Below are positions 63,475 through 64,000 of a stretch of 64,000 nt of DNA, piece after piece. The DNA lies in the IMG/VR virus record IMGVR_UViG_3300030389_002325; one strand, written 5' to 3'. The notes under the pieces were generated by a model. The model did not search any database, was not told where the DNA came from, and saw nothing but the letters and a program-made list of their open reading frames with translations. This DNA is from an uncultured virus (IMG/VR IMGVR_UViG_3300030389_002325) (Duplodnaviria > Heunggongvirae > Uroviricota > Caudoviricetes > Crassvirales). How positions within the stretch are numbered: the stretch's first letter is position 1; every line of letters begins with the position of its first letter. The translations under genes and the position numbers were made by a program.

Positions 63475-64000
63475 AATATTCAAAACAATTATATTTAATT
63501 AAATCAAATGCAAGAATTAAAGTTAGTTAAAGACCTGACTTTTGGTGAAACTGCCAGGAGTCAGGTGTTAACTGGCGTTGAAAAGCTTACCAATGCAGTA
63601 GGTTCAACGTTAGGAGCAAGTGGTAAATGTGTTATACTAGAAGATAGTAACGGGCAGCCACAAATAACAAAAGACGGAGTAACAGTTGCAAATAGCATTG
63701 TACTTAAAGATCCATTAGAAAATATTGGAGCAACACTTATAAGACAAGCAGCTCAAAGAACAGTCAAAGACGCAGGTGATGGAACTACTACTGCTACTGT
63801 ATTAGCTAAAGCAATATTAGACGAAGCTACAGAACACTCTTTGTTAGATAAGCCAAGAGCAATGAAACAAGGTATTGACTCAGGTGTTGAAAAAGTTATA
63901 AAGTATTTAAACAAAAAGTCCAGAAAAGTAACTGGCAAAAAGATAGACCAAGTAGCTACTATATCAGCTAATAATGATAAAGAGCTAGGCAAGGTCATAG
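63402..64000 (+). repeat. Diverged direct repeat, copy 2 (partner 1-599)
   Basis: Collinear at offset 63401. Confidence 0.95.
63508..64000 (+). CDS. groEL: Second GroEL allele, 5' part (runs off the window)
   Basis: MQELKLVKDLTFGETARSQVL...AGDGTTTATVLAKAILDEATEH; open to the window end. Confidence 0.92.
   Translation, partial: MQELKLVKDLTFGETARSQVLTGVEKLTNAVGSTLGASGKCVILEDSNGQPQITKDGVTVANSIVLKDPLENIGATLIRQAAQRTVKDAGDGTTTATVLAKAILDEATEHSLLDKPRAMKQGIDSGVEKVIKYLNKKSRKVTGKKIDQVATISANNDKELGKVI

Noticed and set aside
44663..63998. Opposite-strand ORFs in the replication and early block and at the right end (e.g. 50005-50247, 52011-52328, 53432-53680, 61230-61466, 63753-63998)
   Set aside because: They are antisense to supported genes; 63753-63998 is the shadow of the second groEL allele
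63402..64000. True direct terminal repeat
   Set aside because: The copies differ at many positions, whereas packaging-generated terminal repeats are identical
1..64000. Alternative genetic code (stop-codon recoding)
   Set aside because: Long genes are intact under the standard code, and TAA, TAG and TGA all end genes at operon junctions

Overview
The window holds what looks like one complete, circularly permuted, AT-rich dsDNA tailed-phage genome with a unit length of about 63,401 bp. Positions 63402-64000 re-enter the sequence of positions 1-599, but as a clearly diverged allele. The architecture resembles podovirus/crAss-like phages of marine Bacteroidota (Flavobacteriia): A/T-rich start regions without Shine-Dalgarno sequences, and phage-encoded GroEL/GroES. 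The plus strand (61308 through the wrap to 44249) is the late block: groEL/groES, lysis genes, an array of small Lys/Arg-rich proteins, DUF285/LamG adhesins, a tandem GroES-like protein, terminase, portal, scaffold, capsid, tail ring and muzzle proteins, ejection proteins and a 2530-aa polyvalent protein. The minus strand (61055 down to 44333) holds many tiny early genes, then ligase, an HTH protein, a sigma70-family factor, ERF/RecE/SSB, primase-helicase, a ThyA-family enzyme with the dCMP-type Asp, MazG-like proteins, a resolvase and class II RNR. No DNA polymerase is recognisable. The most interesting inferred system is a two-sigma transcription cascade. The giant virion protein appears to be a polyprotein (zincin protease, sigma-like domain, PD-(D/E)XK nuclease, HAD) whose domains are separated by repeated G-x-[FM]-S-[KR] motifs. 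Eight copies of a non-host promoter (TACAAACTAAATACGA-N8-RGATAATA) drive the early genes. A second motif (WGTAAA-N14-WGTRAT) marks middle and late operon starts. Other unexplained elements are two 46-bp inverted-repeat sites bracketing the early region, a 44-nt tRNA-like minihelix, two related structured RNAs and a 12-aa CxxC-CxxC micropeptide. Family assignments come from motif recognition by eye, not from database searches.
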